DNA of 17,612 nt from Anaeromyxobacteraceae bacterium (GTDB lineage: Bacteria; Myxococcota; Myxococcia; Myxococcales; Anaeromyxobacteraceae): assembly GCA_032654565.1 (NCBI GenBank), contig JAULAX010000016.1:1-17612 (forward strand). Reading direction: 5' to 3'. The first letter of the stretch is position 1; each line of letters begins with the position of its first letter. Shown here one piece after another: positions 1 to 10,600 of the stretch. The translations under genes were made by a program, and so were the position numbers. The notes under the pieces are model-generated. The model searched no databases and was not told where the DNA came from. It saw nothing but the letters and a program-made list of their open reading frames with translations.

Positions 1-176
1 CTCTTCGGGAACCCGGGAAAATACCGCATCGGCGGCGGTGAGGCGAGCCGGGCTGCGGCTGCTGGGTTGCGGCTGCAGAGCGCAGGGGTCCAGCCGCAGC
101 GCTCCGGCGGTGGCCCGGTCGGAGGTGGCGGCGCCGTGGCCTGGTCGGCGCGGCACCGGGTGCTGGAGCTCCGCAG

Positions 177-698
177 CTACGGGCTGCAGTCGACCAGCAC
201 CAGGCCGCTGGTGGTCAGCCGGTCGGCGGTCCCGGCGAAGCCGACGTCGATGGCGGTGATGGTCACGGTCCGGTCGGCGTTGACGGTCCAGCTCACCGTC
301 CCGTCGGAGGGAGTGAGGGTGGTCTCGGTGGTGGCGCCCACCGTCACCTTGAGGCTCCCCACCGCCTCGCCGGGCGCCGGCACAGGCTTGGGCGCGACCA
401 CCGTGGCGGTGGTGGCCCCGCTCGCCGCGGCCGCCACCTGGAGCTCGAAGGTGACGGTCCGCAGCCGCGGCACGCCGCCGATGGTCGAGCAGGTGTCCGC
501 GGTGTCGGTGAGGAAGAGCCGGCGCACGGCGCCCGCCAGGAGGTGGCCGCCCGAGGCGGTGTGGAAGGCGACTCCGGCGATGACGAAGTCCACCTTCTGG
601 CCGGAGCCGAAGTCTGCGGGGACGGCGGGGGTGCCGCACCCGGCCAGCAGCAGGGCGGCGACGAGCGCGGCGGCGAGGCTGCGGGGTCGGGATGGCAT
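177..698 (-). CDS. Hypothetical lipoprotein, 173 aa, beta-rich
   Basis: C-terminal part of ORF 177..1811. ATG at 698 with GGAG upstream. The N-terminus MPSRPRSLAAALVAALLLAG-C is a lipoprotein signal. The mature part is Thr/Val-rich with two further Cys. It starts 20 nt after the stop of the AGE-like gene. Confidence 0.8.
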   Translation of the reverse strand: MPSRPRSLAAALVAALLLAGCGTPAVPADFGSGQKVDFVIAGVAFHTASGGHLLAGAVRRLFLTDTADTCSTIGGVPRLRTVTFELQVAAAASGATTATVVAPKPVPAPGEAVGSLKVTVGATTETTLTPSDGTVSWTVNADRTVTITAIDVGFAGTADRLTTSGLVLVDCSP

Positions 699-718
699 GG
701 CGGGGTGCTCCGGCTCGC

Positions 719-2230
719 TCAGTGGAGCTGGTCGAAGGTGACCTGCACCTTGTGACGGGTGGCGTCGGCGGCCAGCGGACCGAGGTCGGTCCAGGCGACC
801 ACCCGCCCCTCCCAGGTGTAGGGGCGGGCGGTGGCCGCCAGCGCCGCCACCTGCCCGGCCGGGAAGGCGAAGTAGAGCGTGGCCGGCGTGCCGGCGAGCC
901 AGTGGGAGAAGATCGACATGACCAGGGCGTGCTCGGTGGAGTGGAAGCCGCTCTTCCACTGGTTGCACTTGGCGGTGTCGGCGTCGGTCCAGCCCCAGAC
1001 CCAGGCTCCGGTCCGGGAGATGGAGGGGACCAGCTCGCGCGCCGGCCGGGTCCGGTCCACGTAGTCGGCGACGAAGTGGGGCGCGGTGGCCCCCAGCACG
1101 GCGATCCAGGCCGGGTCGTGGAGCGCCAGCGCCGCCGCAAGCTGGTCGGCCTCGGCGTAGGCCCACCAGTCGGAGCCGTACTCCTCGACGCTGGCGGAGA
1201 GGGGGCGCTTGGCCCACCTCCCGTTCGGCGCGTCGTGGGCGCGATGCAGCGCGGCGGCGACGTTGCTGGCCAGGAACGCCTGGTGCGGCCGATCGGCGAG
1301 CCGCTTGTCCACCTGGAGGAGCGCGCCGTAGGCCTTGAGGATGTGGCCGTAGTCGGTGTGGCCGCTCCCGTAGGTGCCCACCGAGCCGGTGGCGCCCCAG
1401 AAGATCCCCTCGCTGAAGAAGGAGGTGCGGATCCGGGCGGTCAGCGTCTTCAGGTCGGCCAGGGCCTGGTCGCGGCGGGCCGGGTCGCTCAGCACCGGCT
1501 GCACCAGCAGCTCGAAGGCGGTGACCGGGTCGAGCTGGGCCACCAGCTCCCAGCTGCCCGGGTTGCCGTTCATCGAGACCTCGACGGCCAGGTTCCCGTC
1601 CATGCCGTCGCGGATCCGGCCGTTGGGCGCGTCCCAGAACCGGGCCGGGTCGAAGAGCAGGTCGCGGGTGGCCAGCACCGCGGCCTCGGCCTCCGGATCC
1701 CGGGTGACGAAGAAGTAGGCGGCCGGCCCCATGACGGCGTAGGCCATGTCCTGGGCGAACTTGGGGCCGTCGCCGGACGGCGCGCCGGTGGCGTCGAGGT
1801 CGGCGTACCAACCTCCCCGCGCGGTGTCGCGGGCCTGGTCGAGGAGCCAGCGGTTGCCGGCGCGGGCCAGGTCGAGCAGCGCCTCGTCGCCGGTGAGCAG
1901 GAAGCCGGCGCTGTAGGCGAAGACCTGCCGCCCCAGCATGCGCGGCTTGCGCAGCGTCGAGCCCTGCACGCTGCCGTCCATGCCGCGGTAGGTCGGGAAG
2001 TTCCCCACCGGGACGCCCTGGGCGGCGTCCAGGCGCCAGTAGGGGAGCAGGTCCTGGTCGAGGTGGGTGAGCCAGGTGGCGGCCTCGAGGCCTGCCGGCG
2101 GCGGCCCGGCGGGCGGCGTCTTCGGGAGGTACGGGTCGCCGGCCGGAGTGACCGGGGCGCCGCCACCGCCGCCGCCACAGGCCGAGAGGGCGAGCAGCGC
2201 GGAGACGAGGAGGCGGCGGAGCGGGCGCAT
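719..2230 (-). CDS. AGE (N-acylglucosamine 2-epimerase / cellobiose 2-epimerase) superfamily protein with lipoprotein signal, 503 aa
   Basis: C-terminal part of ORF 719..3229, starting MRPLRRLLVSALLALSA-C-GGGGGG. AGE-type motifs are LLPYW, GRQVFAYS, ARDTARGGWY, DYGH, WWAYAEA and KCNQWKSGFH. Confidence 0.75.
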   Translation of the reverse strand: MRPLRRLLVSALLALSACGGGGGGAPVTPAGDPYLPKTPPAGPPPAGLEAATWLTHLDQDLLPYWRLDAAQGVPVGNFPTYRGMDGSVQGSTLRKPRMLGRQVFAYSAGFLLTGDEALLDLARAGNRWLLDQARDTARGGWYADLDATGAPSGDGPKFAQDMAYAVMGPAAYFFVTRDPEAEAAVLATRDLLFDPARFWDAPNGRIRDGMDGNLAVEVSMNGNPGSWELVAQLDPVTAFELLVQPVLSDPARRDQALADLKTLTARIRTSFFSEGIFWGATGSVGTYGSGHTDYGHILKAYGALLQVDKRLADRPHQAFLASNVAAALHRAHDAPNGRWAKRPLSASVEEYGSDWWAYAEADQLAAALALHDPAWIAVLGATAPHFVADYVDRTRPARELVPSISRTGAWVWGWTDADTAKCNQWKSGFHSTEHALVMSIFSHWLAGTPATLYFAFPAGQVAALAATARPYTWEGRVVAWTDLGPLAADATRHKVQVTFDQLH

Positions 2231-2250
2231 GTGAGTGACCTGGATGGGCG

Positions 2251-4044
<1,794 letters not shown>

Positions 4045-4065
4045 GGTGAAGCCTCCAGGTCCCCT

Positions 4066-4071
4066 AGCCTA
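4066..4071 (-). promoter_or_regulatory. Possible -10 element (TAGGCT) for the malS-like operon
   Basis: TAnnnT hexamer in a GC-rich divergent intergenic region, about 22 nt upstream of the ATG. No clear -35 element. Confidence 0.3.
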
Positions 4072-4121
4072 ACGGTCCCGGGCCCGGCGCGCGAGGCCGG
4101 GCGCGCCGCGGGAACCTGGAA

Positions 4122-4127
4122 TATCCT
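4122..4127 (+). promoter_or_regulatory. Possible -10 element (TATCCT) for the second amylase
   Basis: TAnnnT hexamer in one of the few AT-containing patches of the 135-nt intergenic region. No clear -35 element. Confidence 0.3.
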
Positions 4128-4133
4128 CCCTGC

Positions 4134-4167
4134 GCCGGACGGGTTCCCTGAGGGGAACCGGTCCGGC
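4134..4167. repeat. Inverted repeat / stem-loop just upstream of the amylase RBS
   Basis: GCCGGAC-G-GGTTCCC [TGAG] GGGAACC-G-GTCCGGC pairs at 14 of 15 positions with a 4-nt loop. AGGAG follows at 4171-4175. Confidence 0.7.
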
Positions 4168-4179
4168 TCGAGGAGCCAC

Positions 4180-6864
4180 ATGACCCACCCCATGCGTCCG
4201 CGCCACCTCCCGCTCGCCCTGCTCCTCGCCGCCCTGGCCTCATGCTCGAAGGGCGGAGGCGGGAGCGGCGCCCCCCTGCTCCACGTCCCCTCCCCGGCCT
4301 GGGAGGAGCAGGTCATCTACTTCGTCATGACCGACCGGTTCGCCAACGGCGACAAGACCAACGACGACCAGGGGAAGGGCGAGTTCGACCCCTCCAGCAA
4401 CGACAAGTACTCGGGCGGCGACCTGCAGGGGATCATCGACCGCCTCGACTACATCCAGGGGCTGGGGGCCACCGCGGTCTGGATCACCCCGCCGGTGGCC
4501 AACCAGTGGTGGGACCCGCTGCAGCAGTCGGGCGGCTACCACGGCTACTGGGCCCGCGACCTCACGCACGTCGACGAGCACCTCGGCACGCTGGCCACCT
4601 ACCAGCGGCTCAGCGACGCGCTCCACCGGCGCGGCATGTACCTGATCCAGGACGTGGTCCCCAACCACATGGGGAACTTCTTCACCTACGCCGCCACCTG
4701 CGGCGCCGACCTCCACCAGTCCTGCTACGACCCCAACGACGTCACCGCCGGCCTGGTCCGCAACACCGGCTCGGTGCCGACCTCCCGGCCGACGCAGCCG
4801 CCCTTCGACCTGGACGACCCCTCGGACCCGGTGCAGCGCGCCCGGGCCATCTACCACTGGACGCCGGTGCTGGCCGACTACAACGACCCGGTCCAGGAGA
4901 AGACCTACCAGCTCTCCGACCTCGACGACCTGAACACCGAGAGCCCTGAGGTGCGGACGGCGCTGCGCGACGCCTACGGGTCCTGGATCAAGCAGGTGGG
5001 CGTTGACGCCTTCCGGGTGGACACCGTCAAGTACGTCGACCACCCCTTCTGGAACGACTTCTTCCACTCCACCGACGCCGCCGCCCCGGGGATGCTGGCC
5101 GTGGCCAAGGCCACCGGGCGCGAGCGCTTCCACGCCTTCGGCGAGGTCTTCGAGACCTCGGCCCCGTTCCAGGACACCGCCGATCGGAAGCTGGCCAGCT
5201 ACCTCGGCACCCCCAGCGCCCCGGAGCTGCCGGCGCTCCTCCAGTTCCCCCTCTACCAGGAGATCGGCCGGGTCTTCGGGAGCGGCGCGCCCACCGCCTC
5301 CATGTCCTACCGGCTGGGCCGGTTCATGGACCCGGCCCTCTACCCCAACCCCGGCCTCATGCCCACCTTCGTGGACAACCACGACGTGCAGCGCTTCCTG
5401 GCGGTCGGCCCCGGCACCGGGCTGGTCCAGGCCCTCTCCCTCATCTTCACCGTGCCGGGCATCCCCACCGTCTACTACGGCACCGAGCAGCTCTTCACCG
5501 AGACGCGGCAGGCCATGTTCAAGGGCGGCTTCCACAGCACCTTCGACCAGTACGAGCCGCGGGCGGCCTTCTACCAGCGCATCAAGGCGCTCGCGGCGCT
5601 GCGCCGCGCCCACCCGGTCTTCACCCGCGGCGGGCTCGACGTGCGCTACGACAGCCCCTCCGGCGCCGGGCCGCTCGTCTACCGGCGCACCCTGGGCAGC
5701 GAGACGGCGCTGGTCCTGATGAACACCGCCGACGAGCCGGTCCTGGTGAGCCAGCTCGACACCGGCCTCCCCGCCGGGACGGTGCTGGAGGTGCTCCGCG
5801 CCGAGCAGTTCCTGGTGGCGCCGGCCACGGTGCCGGTTGGGCTGGCCGGCCGGCTGACCACGGTGCTGCCGCCGCGCGCCGTCCTCATCCTCCGCGCCAC
5901 CTCGCAGGTGGTGACCCCGCCCCCGCCCGGCGTCGCCATCACCGAGCAGACCCTGGTGGAGGGGCAGATCTTCACCGCCGACGTGACGCTGCGGGGCACC
6001 GTCTCCCCGGCGGCCACCGCGCTGCGGCTGGTGGTGGATGGCTACGTCGACCAGGCCCTGCCGGTCACCGTGGCGGCCGACGGCAGCTGGAGCGCGGTGC
6101 TGCCGGTCTCCGGCTACCCCGAGGGTCCGCTGCCCCACTCCCTGGCCATCCTGGCGCCGGCGTCGGGCGTGGCCACGCCGTCCCGCCGCTTCATGAGCGA
6201 CGTGGTCTTCGTGGGCAACAGCTACCCCCATGCCGACCCGGTCGGTGACGACACCGGGCCGTCCGGCACCTACACCTACCCGGTGGCCACCGCCATCGCC
6301 GGCCACCAGATGGACCTCACCGGCGTGACCCTGCAGGTGGGCACCGCCAGCCCCATCCTCAAGATCCAGCTCACCACGCGCGACTGGAGCCGGCTCTGGA
6401 ATCCGCCGCTCGGCTTCGACCGGGTGGCCTTCAGCCTCTTCTTCGACCTCCCCGGCCGGACCGGGCTGGTGGCGCTGCCCAGGCTCAACGCCGTGGCCCC
6501 GGCTGGCTTCACCTGGAGCTACGACCACTTCGCCTACGGGTGGAACAACGTCATGTACGACACCACCGGCGCCGACGCCGACACCTCCGGCAGCACCATC
6601 GCCTCCCCGGGCCTGCTCGCCGATCCGGCCAACCGGACCGTCACCTTCAGCTACGACCGGCGCCGGCTCGGCCTGGCCAGCTGGTCGGGGGTGAAGGTCT
6701 ACGTGACCACCTGGGACTTCGACGGCATCAACGGGGTCTTCCGGCCGCTGGCCAGGGTGGCCGGCGACTGGACCATGGGCGGCGCCCCGACCTGGGACCC
6801 GGTCACCTTCCTCTCCACCGACCCAAAGATCATGGACGACGCCGGACCCTTCGCCATCCCGTAG
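4180..6864 (+). CDS. GH13 alpha-amylase/cyclomaltodextrinase-like lipoprotein with an Ig-like domain and a C-terminal glucodextranase-type DOMON-like domain, 894 aa
   Basis: C-terminal part of ORF 2809..6864. ATG at 4180 after AGGAG (alternative ATG at 4192). Lipobox LAS-C. GH13 motifs are VIYFVMTDRF, GGDLQG, GYHGYW and DVVPNH. The triad is in AFRVDTVKY, FGEVF and FVDNHD. The C-terminus has DPVGDDTGPSGTYTYP and ends KIMDD. Confidence 0.88.
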   Translation: MTHPMRPRHLPLALLLAALASCSKGGGGSGAPLLHVPSPAWEEQVIYFVMTDRFANGDKTNDDQGKGEFDPSSNDKYSGGDLQGIIDRLDYIQGLGATAVWITPPVANQWWDPLQQSGGYHGYWARDLTHVDEHLGTLATYQRLSDALHRRGMYLIQDVVPNHMGNFFTYAATCGADLHQSCYDPNDVTAGLVRNTGSVPTSRPTQPPFDLDDPSDPVQRARAIYHWTPVLADYNDPVQEKTYQLSDLDDLNTESPEVRTALRDAYGSWIKQVGVDAFRVDTVKYVDHPFWNDFFHSTDAAAPGMLAVAKATGRERFHAFGEVFETSAPFQDTADRKLASYLGTPSAPELPALLQFPLYQEIGRVFGSGAPTASMSYRLGRFMDPALYPNPGLMPTFVDNHDVQRFLAVGPGTGLVQALSLIFTVPGIPTVYYGTEQLFTETRQAMFKGGFHSTFDQYEPRAAFYQRIKALAALRRAHPVFTRGGLDVRYDSPSGAGPLVYRRTLGSETALVLMNTADEPVLVSQLDTGLPAGTVLEVLRAEQFLVAPATVPVGLAGRLTTVLPPRAVLILRATSQVVTPPPPGVAITEQTLVEGQIFTADVTLRGTVSPAATALRLVVDGYVDQALPVTVAADGSWSAVLPVSGYPEGPLPHSLAILAPASGVATPSRRFMSDVVFVGNSYPHADPVGDDTGPSGTYTYPVATAIAGHQMDLTGVTLQVGTASPILKIQLTTRDWSRLWNPPLGFDRVAFSLFFDLPGRTGLVALPRLNAVAPAGFTWSYDHFAYGWNNVMYDTTGADADTSGSTIASPGLLADPANRTVTFSYDRRRLGLASWSGVKVYVTTWDFDGINGVFRPLARVAGDWTMGGAPTWDPVTFLSTDPKIMDDAGPFAIP

Positions 6865-6913
6865 CGGGCGTCGTGCCGGCCCCTGCCGCAGCGGCGGGCC
6901 CTTCGACGAGCGA

Positions 6914-6939
6914 GGGGCCGCCCGTTCCCAGGCGGCCCC
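6914..6939. terminator. GC-rich hairpin between convergent genes, possible bidirectional terminator
   Basis: GGGGCCGCC-N8-GGCGGCCCC is a perfect 9-bp stem between the stops at 6864 (+) and 6992 (-). There is no clear U-tract on either side. Confidence 0.4.
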
Positions 6940-6991
6940 CCGTGTCCTTCGGCGACGCGGCCGGCGGACCAGCCGCCCGCCGCCGCCTACC

Positions 6992-9900
6992 TCAGTTCAC
7001 CACCCAGACCACCGCCGTGCGCGGCGGCACGGTGAAGGCGCCGGTGGCCGCCACGTAGCGGGCGTCGGCGGCCGGCCGGGGATCGGCGGCGCCGGTCGCG
7101 GCCTGGACCGGGTGGAGCACGTAGGCCTTCCCCACCTCGGCGGGGATGACCAGGTCGTGCGCCACCTTGTCGACGTTGACCAGGTAGAGCACCTCCTTGA
7201 AGACCGCCCCGGTATAGCCGGTGCCGTCGAGGTGGCCGGCGATCACCGTGGGCACCTGGGCCGAGCCGGTGTTGTGGAAGGAGAGGCGGGTCTTCACCTC
7301 GTCGGCGGTGCGCAGCCGGAAGAGCGGGGTGCTCTTGCGGATGGCCAGCCAGTCGCGGAAGCCGTCGCGGGCGAGGGCCAGGTCGGCCGGGGCCGGCTTG
7401 ATGGCGGTGGTGGCCAGCAGCGGCTTGAGGATGACGTAGTTGTTGACGTTGTCCGAGTCCTGCGGCGCGCCCACCCCGAAGTAGTTGTCGGAGAAGGTCC
7501 AGTCGAGCCGGTTGAACCAGTCACCCGAGTTGTAGCTGTTCTGGTCCATCGACTTGGAGCGGAGCAGCTCCACCCCGGCGTGGAAGTAGGCCACCCCCTG
7601 GCTGAGGGCGTCGAGCGCCACGCCCAGCAGCTGCACCCGGGCCCGGTCGTCGCCGCTGGTGGTCACCGGCAGCTTGTAGACGCCGATGTCGAAGAGCGTC
7701 TGGTTGTCGTGGTTCTCGACGTAGTTGACCACCTCGGTCGGCTGCGAGGCGTAGCCGGCCGGCACGGTGGCGCCGTTGTACGGGATCTGCTCCAGGGTCT
7801 TGACCACGTCGGTGCCGGTGGTGAGCGAGTAGGTCCGGAGGGAGCCGGCCAGCCCCAGCTTGACCATGTCACCGGCCTCCAGCAGGTCGGCCAGGGTCTT
7901 GCCGCCGCCGGTGCCGTTGTCGTCGTAGAAGAGGCCGGTGATGTAGCCCTGGTTCTGCTGCAGGCTGACGCCGCCGTCGAACGGGCCGCCGCCGCGGATC
8001 CGGTCGCGGGCCCGATCGCTGAAGGTGGCGATGCCGGAGCCGTTGAGCGAGGTCTGCGAGGCCTGGACGAAGCGCGCCCCGCCCGCCACCTCGCCGAAGT
8101 CCCACCCCTCCCCGAGCAGCTGGACCTCGCGCCCGGTGGCGGTGGCCAGCCTGGCCTTGGCCGCCTCCATCACCGAGCGGGGCTGGTGGCCCATCAGGTC
8201 GAAGCGGAACGAGGCGATCTTGTACTGGGTCGCCCAGGTCACCAGCGAGTCGACGAGCAGCTTGCCCATCATGGCGTTCTCGGTGGCGGTGTTGGCGCAG
8301 CAGGTGGAGGTGGTGATGGCGCCGGCGCTGTCGAGCCGGTGGTAGTAGCCGGGCACGATCCGGTCGAGCACCGACTTCGGGTCCTGCCCGCCCTTGGTGG
8401 TGTGGTTGTAGACCACGTCCATGCCGGTGCGCAGGCCGGCCTGGGCCAGCCCCTGGACCATCTGGCGGAACTCGAGGATGCGCCTGGCGCCGTCGGCGGC
8501 GTCGGTGGCGTAGCTGCCCTCCGGCACGGTGTAGTGGAACGGATCATACCCCCAGTTGAAGCAGTCCTGGTCCCTGATGGGCTTGATGACCCCCCACTGG
8601 GTCTCGGAGTCCGGGGCGGCCATGGGGATGGTGGGGACCAGGCAGCCGGACTCGGGGATGGTGGCGATGTCGAACACCGGCAGGAGGTGGACGTCGGTGA
8701 GCCCGGCCTGTGCCAGCGCCTTGAGGTGCTTCATGCCGTTCGAGCTGGCCTCGGTGAAGGCCAGGTACTTGCCCCGGTTGGCCGCCAGCACGGTCGGGTC
8801 GTTGACCGAGAAGTCGCGCACGTGGAGCTCGTAGATCACCATGTCGGTCGGCGAGCCCACCGTGGCCGGCACCGCCGTGGCGTCCCAGCCGGCCGGCTTG
8901 AGCGCCGGGGCGCCCAGGTCGGCCACGTAGCTGCGGGTGGAGTCGGTGGTGAGGCCGAGGGAGTACGGGTCGGTGACGCGGTTGCGGATCAGCCCCACCA
9001 CCGGCGCGAAGACATCGACCATCAGCTTGTAGTACTTGCCGGTGAGGTCGCGCCCCACCGTGGTCCCCCAGACGCCGGTGGCGGCGTCGAAGCTGAGCGC
9101 CTCCTGGGAGACGGCGCTGCCGGTGCCGGTGTCGAAGACGCAGACCGAGGCCTGCTGCACGGTGGGCGCCCAGACCTTGAAGGTGGTCTTGCCGGCGGTC
9201 ACGGTGGCGCCGAGGTCGCTCACCGCGGAGGCGGTGGTGGCGTACAGGTCGTCGAGGATGCCAGCCAGCTGCGGGTTGGTGGCGTTCTGGACCAGGCCGG
9301 CGGCGTCCTCCTGGACCAGCAGGAGCTGCCCCTTGAGCAGGTTCGGCAGCAGCGCCTGGTCGGCGGTCTTGACCGAGAGGACCACCCCGGCGGTGACGTA
9401 CTTGAAGCGGGTGGCCACCGCGGCCGGCACCGTACCGGTGAAGACCTCCAGGGTGAGCGCGCTGTCGGACCCCCTCACGGCGGCGTCCTTCACCGCCACC
9501 AGCTGTCCGCGGGCCGAGGCGTAGAGCTTGAAGGTGTTGCTGGGCCCCACCTTGGGCCACTTGATGAGCTGCTTGTTGAGCCAGTAGGCGCGGGCGTCGG
9601 AGACCGAGGCGGAGCGCAGGTCGGGGAAGACCGGGTAGACGGTGGGATCCTCCTGGATGATCCAGACCTCGCCCACCTGGGCCACGACGTTGAGGGTGGA
9701 GTAGCTCACGGTGATGTCGGTGGACCAGCCGTCCTTGTTGTCGACGCCGCCGCCGGGGGCGCCGGGCAGGCCGTGGATGGCGAACTGGAGCGACTTGCGG
9801 GTGGCGTCGGCAGCAGGGTTGAGGACCGGGATGTCGAAGACCACCTCGGCGCCGCCGGCCGGGGCGGTGTACCCGGGCATGGCGGTGAGGGGCACCGGGG

Positions 9901-10537
9901 CCGCCCAGGTGTTGAGGGTGAGGCCGGGGAGCGCCGTCGCGTCGGTGCCGCCGGCCGGCCAGAGGTGGAGCCCCCAGTTGACGTAGCCGCCGTCGTAGCG
10001 CCGGTAGTGGACGCGCACCTTGGTGATGTCCTGGGCCGCCGCCGTGTCCGGGTTGGTGGTGTAGGTGTTGAGGTCACCCTCGACGCGCCAGATCTCGTTG
10101 GCGCCCGGGTGGAGCGTGTACATCTGGTCGGCGCCGCCGTGGTCCTTCTCGTTCCCCTTGTGGAACAGGTAGCCGACGTTCCCCTCGCTGGCCACGAGCG
10201 CCACATCCCAGTACTCGCCGAAGGCGTCGGTGCCGGTCGGGGCCCAGCCCAGCCCCCAGCCCGGGTCCTTGGCGGCCAGCCAGGTGTGGAGCTGCCAGCC
10301 GGTGTAGTCGGCCAGGAGCCGCTTGTAGTGGATCCGCAGGGTCGGCGCTGCCCCGCCGCCGCCGCCGCCGACCTGGGGCGGGATGGGGGCCAGCACGGTC
10401 CGGTAGTCGGCGCTGTCGCAGGCGGTCAGGTCTTGCGGGGTGGGAGCGGTGGTGGAGCTGCTGCAGCCGGCCAGTGCGACGGCCAGCAGCGCGGCGCCGA
10501 CCAGGCGCCAGGACGGGGTGGATGGGAGTTCCTTCAT
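6992..10537 (-). CDS. pulA: Pullulanase-type alpha-1,6-glucosidase (GH13, probably subfamily 13), lipoprotein with two CBM41-like domains, CBM48 and a DUF3372-like tail, 1181 aa
   Basis: Lipobox LAG-C at residue 25. Two IHY/VHY..Y..W.LH.W modules (CBM41 pattern). FKVWAPT (CBM48), IYELHVRDFS, the pullulanase signature FNWGYDP and DVVYNH. The triad is in FRFDLMGH, GEGWDF and YVENHDN. Also LLRSKSMDQNSYNSGDWFN. The RBS GGAGG is at 10544-10548 on the minus strand. Confidence 0.93.
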   Translation of the reverse strand: MKELPSTPSWRLVGAALLAVALAGCSSSTTAPTPQDLTACDSADYRTVLAPIPPQVGGGGGGAAPTLRIHYKRLLADYTGWQLHTWLAAKDPGWGLGWAPTGTDAFGEYWDVALVASEGNVGYLFHKGNEKDHGGADQMYTLHPGANEIWRVEGDLNTYTTNPDTAAAQDITKVRVHYRRYDGGYVNWGLHLWPAGGTDATALPGLTLNTWAAPVPLTAMPGYTAPAGGAEVVFDIPVLNPAADATRKSLQFAIHGLPGAPGGGVDNKDGWSTDITVSYSTLNVVAQVGEVWIIQEDPTVYPVFPDLRSASVSDARAYWLNKQLIKWPKVGPSNTFKLYASARGQLVAVKDAAVRGSDSALTLEVFTGTVPAAVATRFKYVTAGVVLSVKTADQALLPNLLKGQLLLVQEDAAGLVQNATNPQLAGILDDLYATTASAVSDLGATVTAGKTTFKVWAPTVQQASVCVFDTGTGSAVSQEALSFDAATGVWGTTVGRDLTGKYYKLMVDVFAPVVGLIRNRVTDPYSLGLTTDSTRSYVADLGAPALKPAGWDATAVPATVGSPTDMVIYELHVRDFSVNDPTVLAANRGKYLAFTEASSNGMKHLKALAQAGLTDVHLLPVFDIATIPESGCLVPTIPMAAPDSETQWGVIKPIRDQDCFNWGYDPFHYTVPEGSYATDAADGARRILEFRQMVQGLAQAGLRTGMDVVYNHTTKGGQDPKSVLDRIVPGYYHRLDSAGAITTSTCCANTATENAMMGKLLVDSLVTWATQYKIASFRFDLMGHQPRSVMEAAKARLATATGREVQLLGEGWDFGEVAGGARFVQASQTSLNGSGIATFSDRARDRIRGGGPFDGGVSLQQNQGYITGLFYDDNGTGGGKTLADLLEAGDMVKLGLAGSLRTYSLTTGTDVVKTLEQIPYNGATVPAGYASQPTEVVNYVENHDNQTLFDIGVYKLPVTTSGDDRARVQLLGVALDALSQGVAYFHAGVELLRSKSMDQNSYNSGDWFNRLDWTFSDNYFGVGAPQDSDNVNNYVILKPLLATTAIKPAPADLALARDGFRDWLAIRKSTPLFRLRTADEVKTRLSFHNTGSAQVPTVIAGHLDGTGYTGAVFKEVLYLVNVDKVAHDLVIPAEVGKAYVLHPVQAATGAADPRPAADARYVAATGAFTVPPRTAVVWVVN

Positions 10538-10600
10538 GTCGAACCTCCGAGTCGCGCTCCGGTCGACCGTCGCGCGGGTGATGGGGTGAGGTGCCGCTTC

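Noticed and set aside
52..100. GCTGCGGCTG / CAGCCGCAGC inverted repeat downstream of the leftmost gene
   Set aside because: Low-complexity GC-rich sequence with a 29-nt loop and no U-tract. It is not distinguishable from chance, though a terminator role is not excluded.
4154..4164. GGAACCGGTCC resembling a LacI-family operator
   Set aside because: Imperfect, fully explained as one arm of the 4134-4167 hairpin, and no LacI gene is in the window.
4240..6528. 762-aa minus-strand ORF, and similar antisense ORFs at 692..2314, 12935..14917, 14851..16269 and 16308..17498
   Set aside because: Antisense shadows of well-supported genes with no independent evidence of coding.
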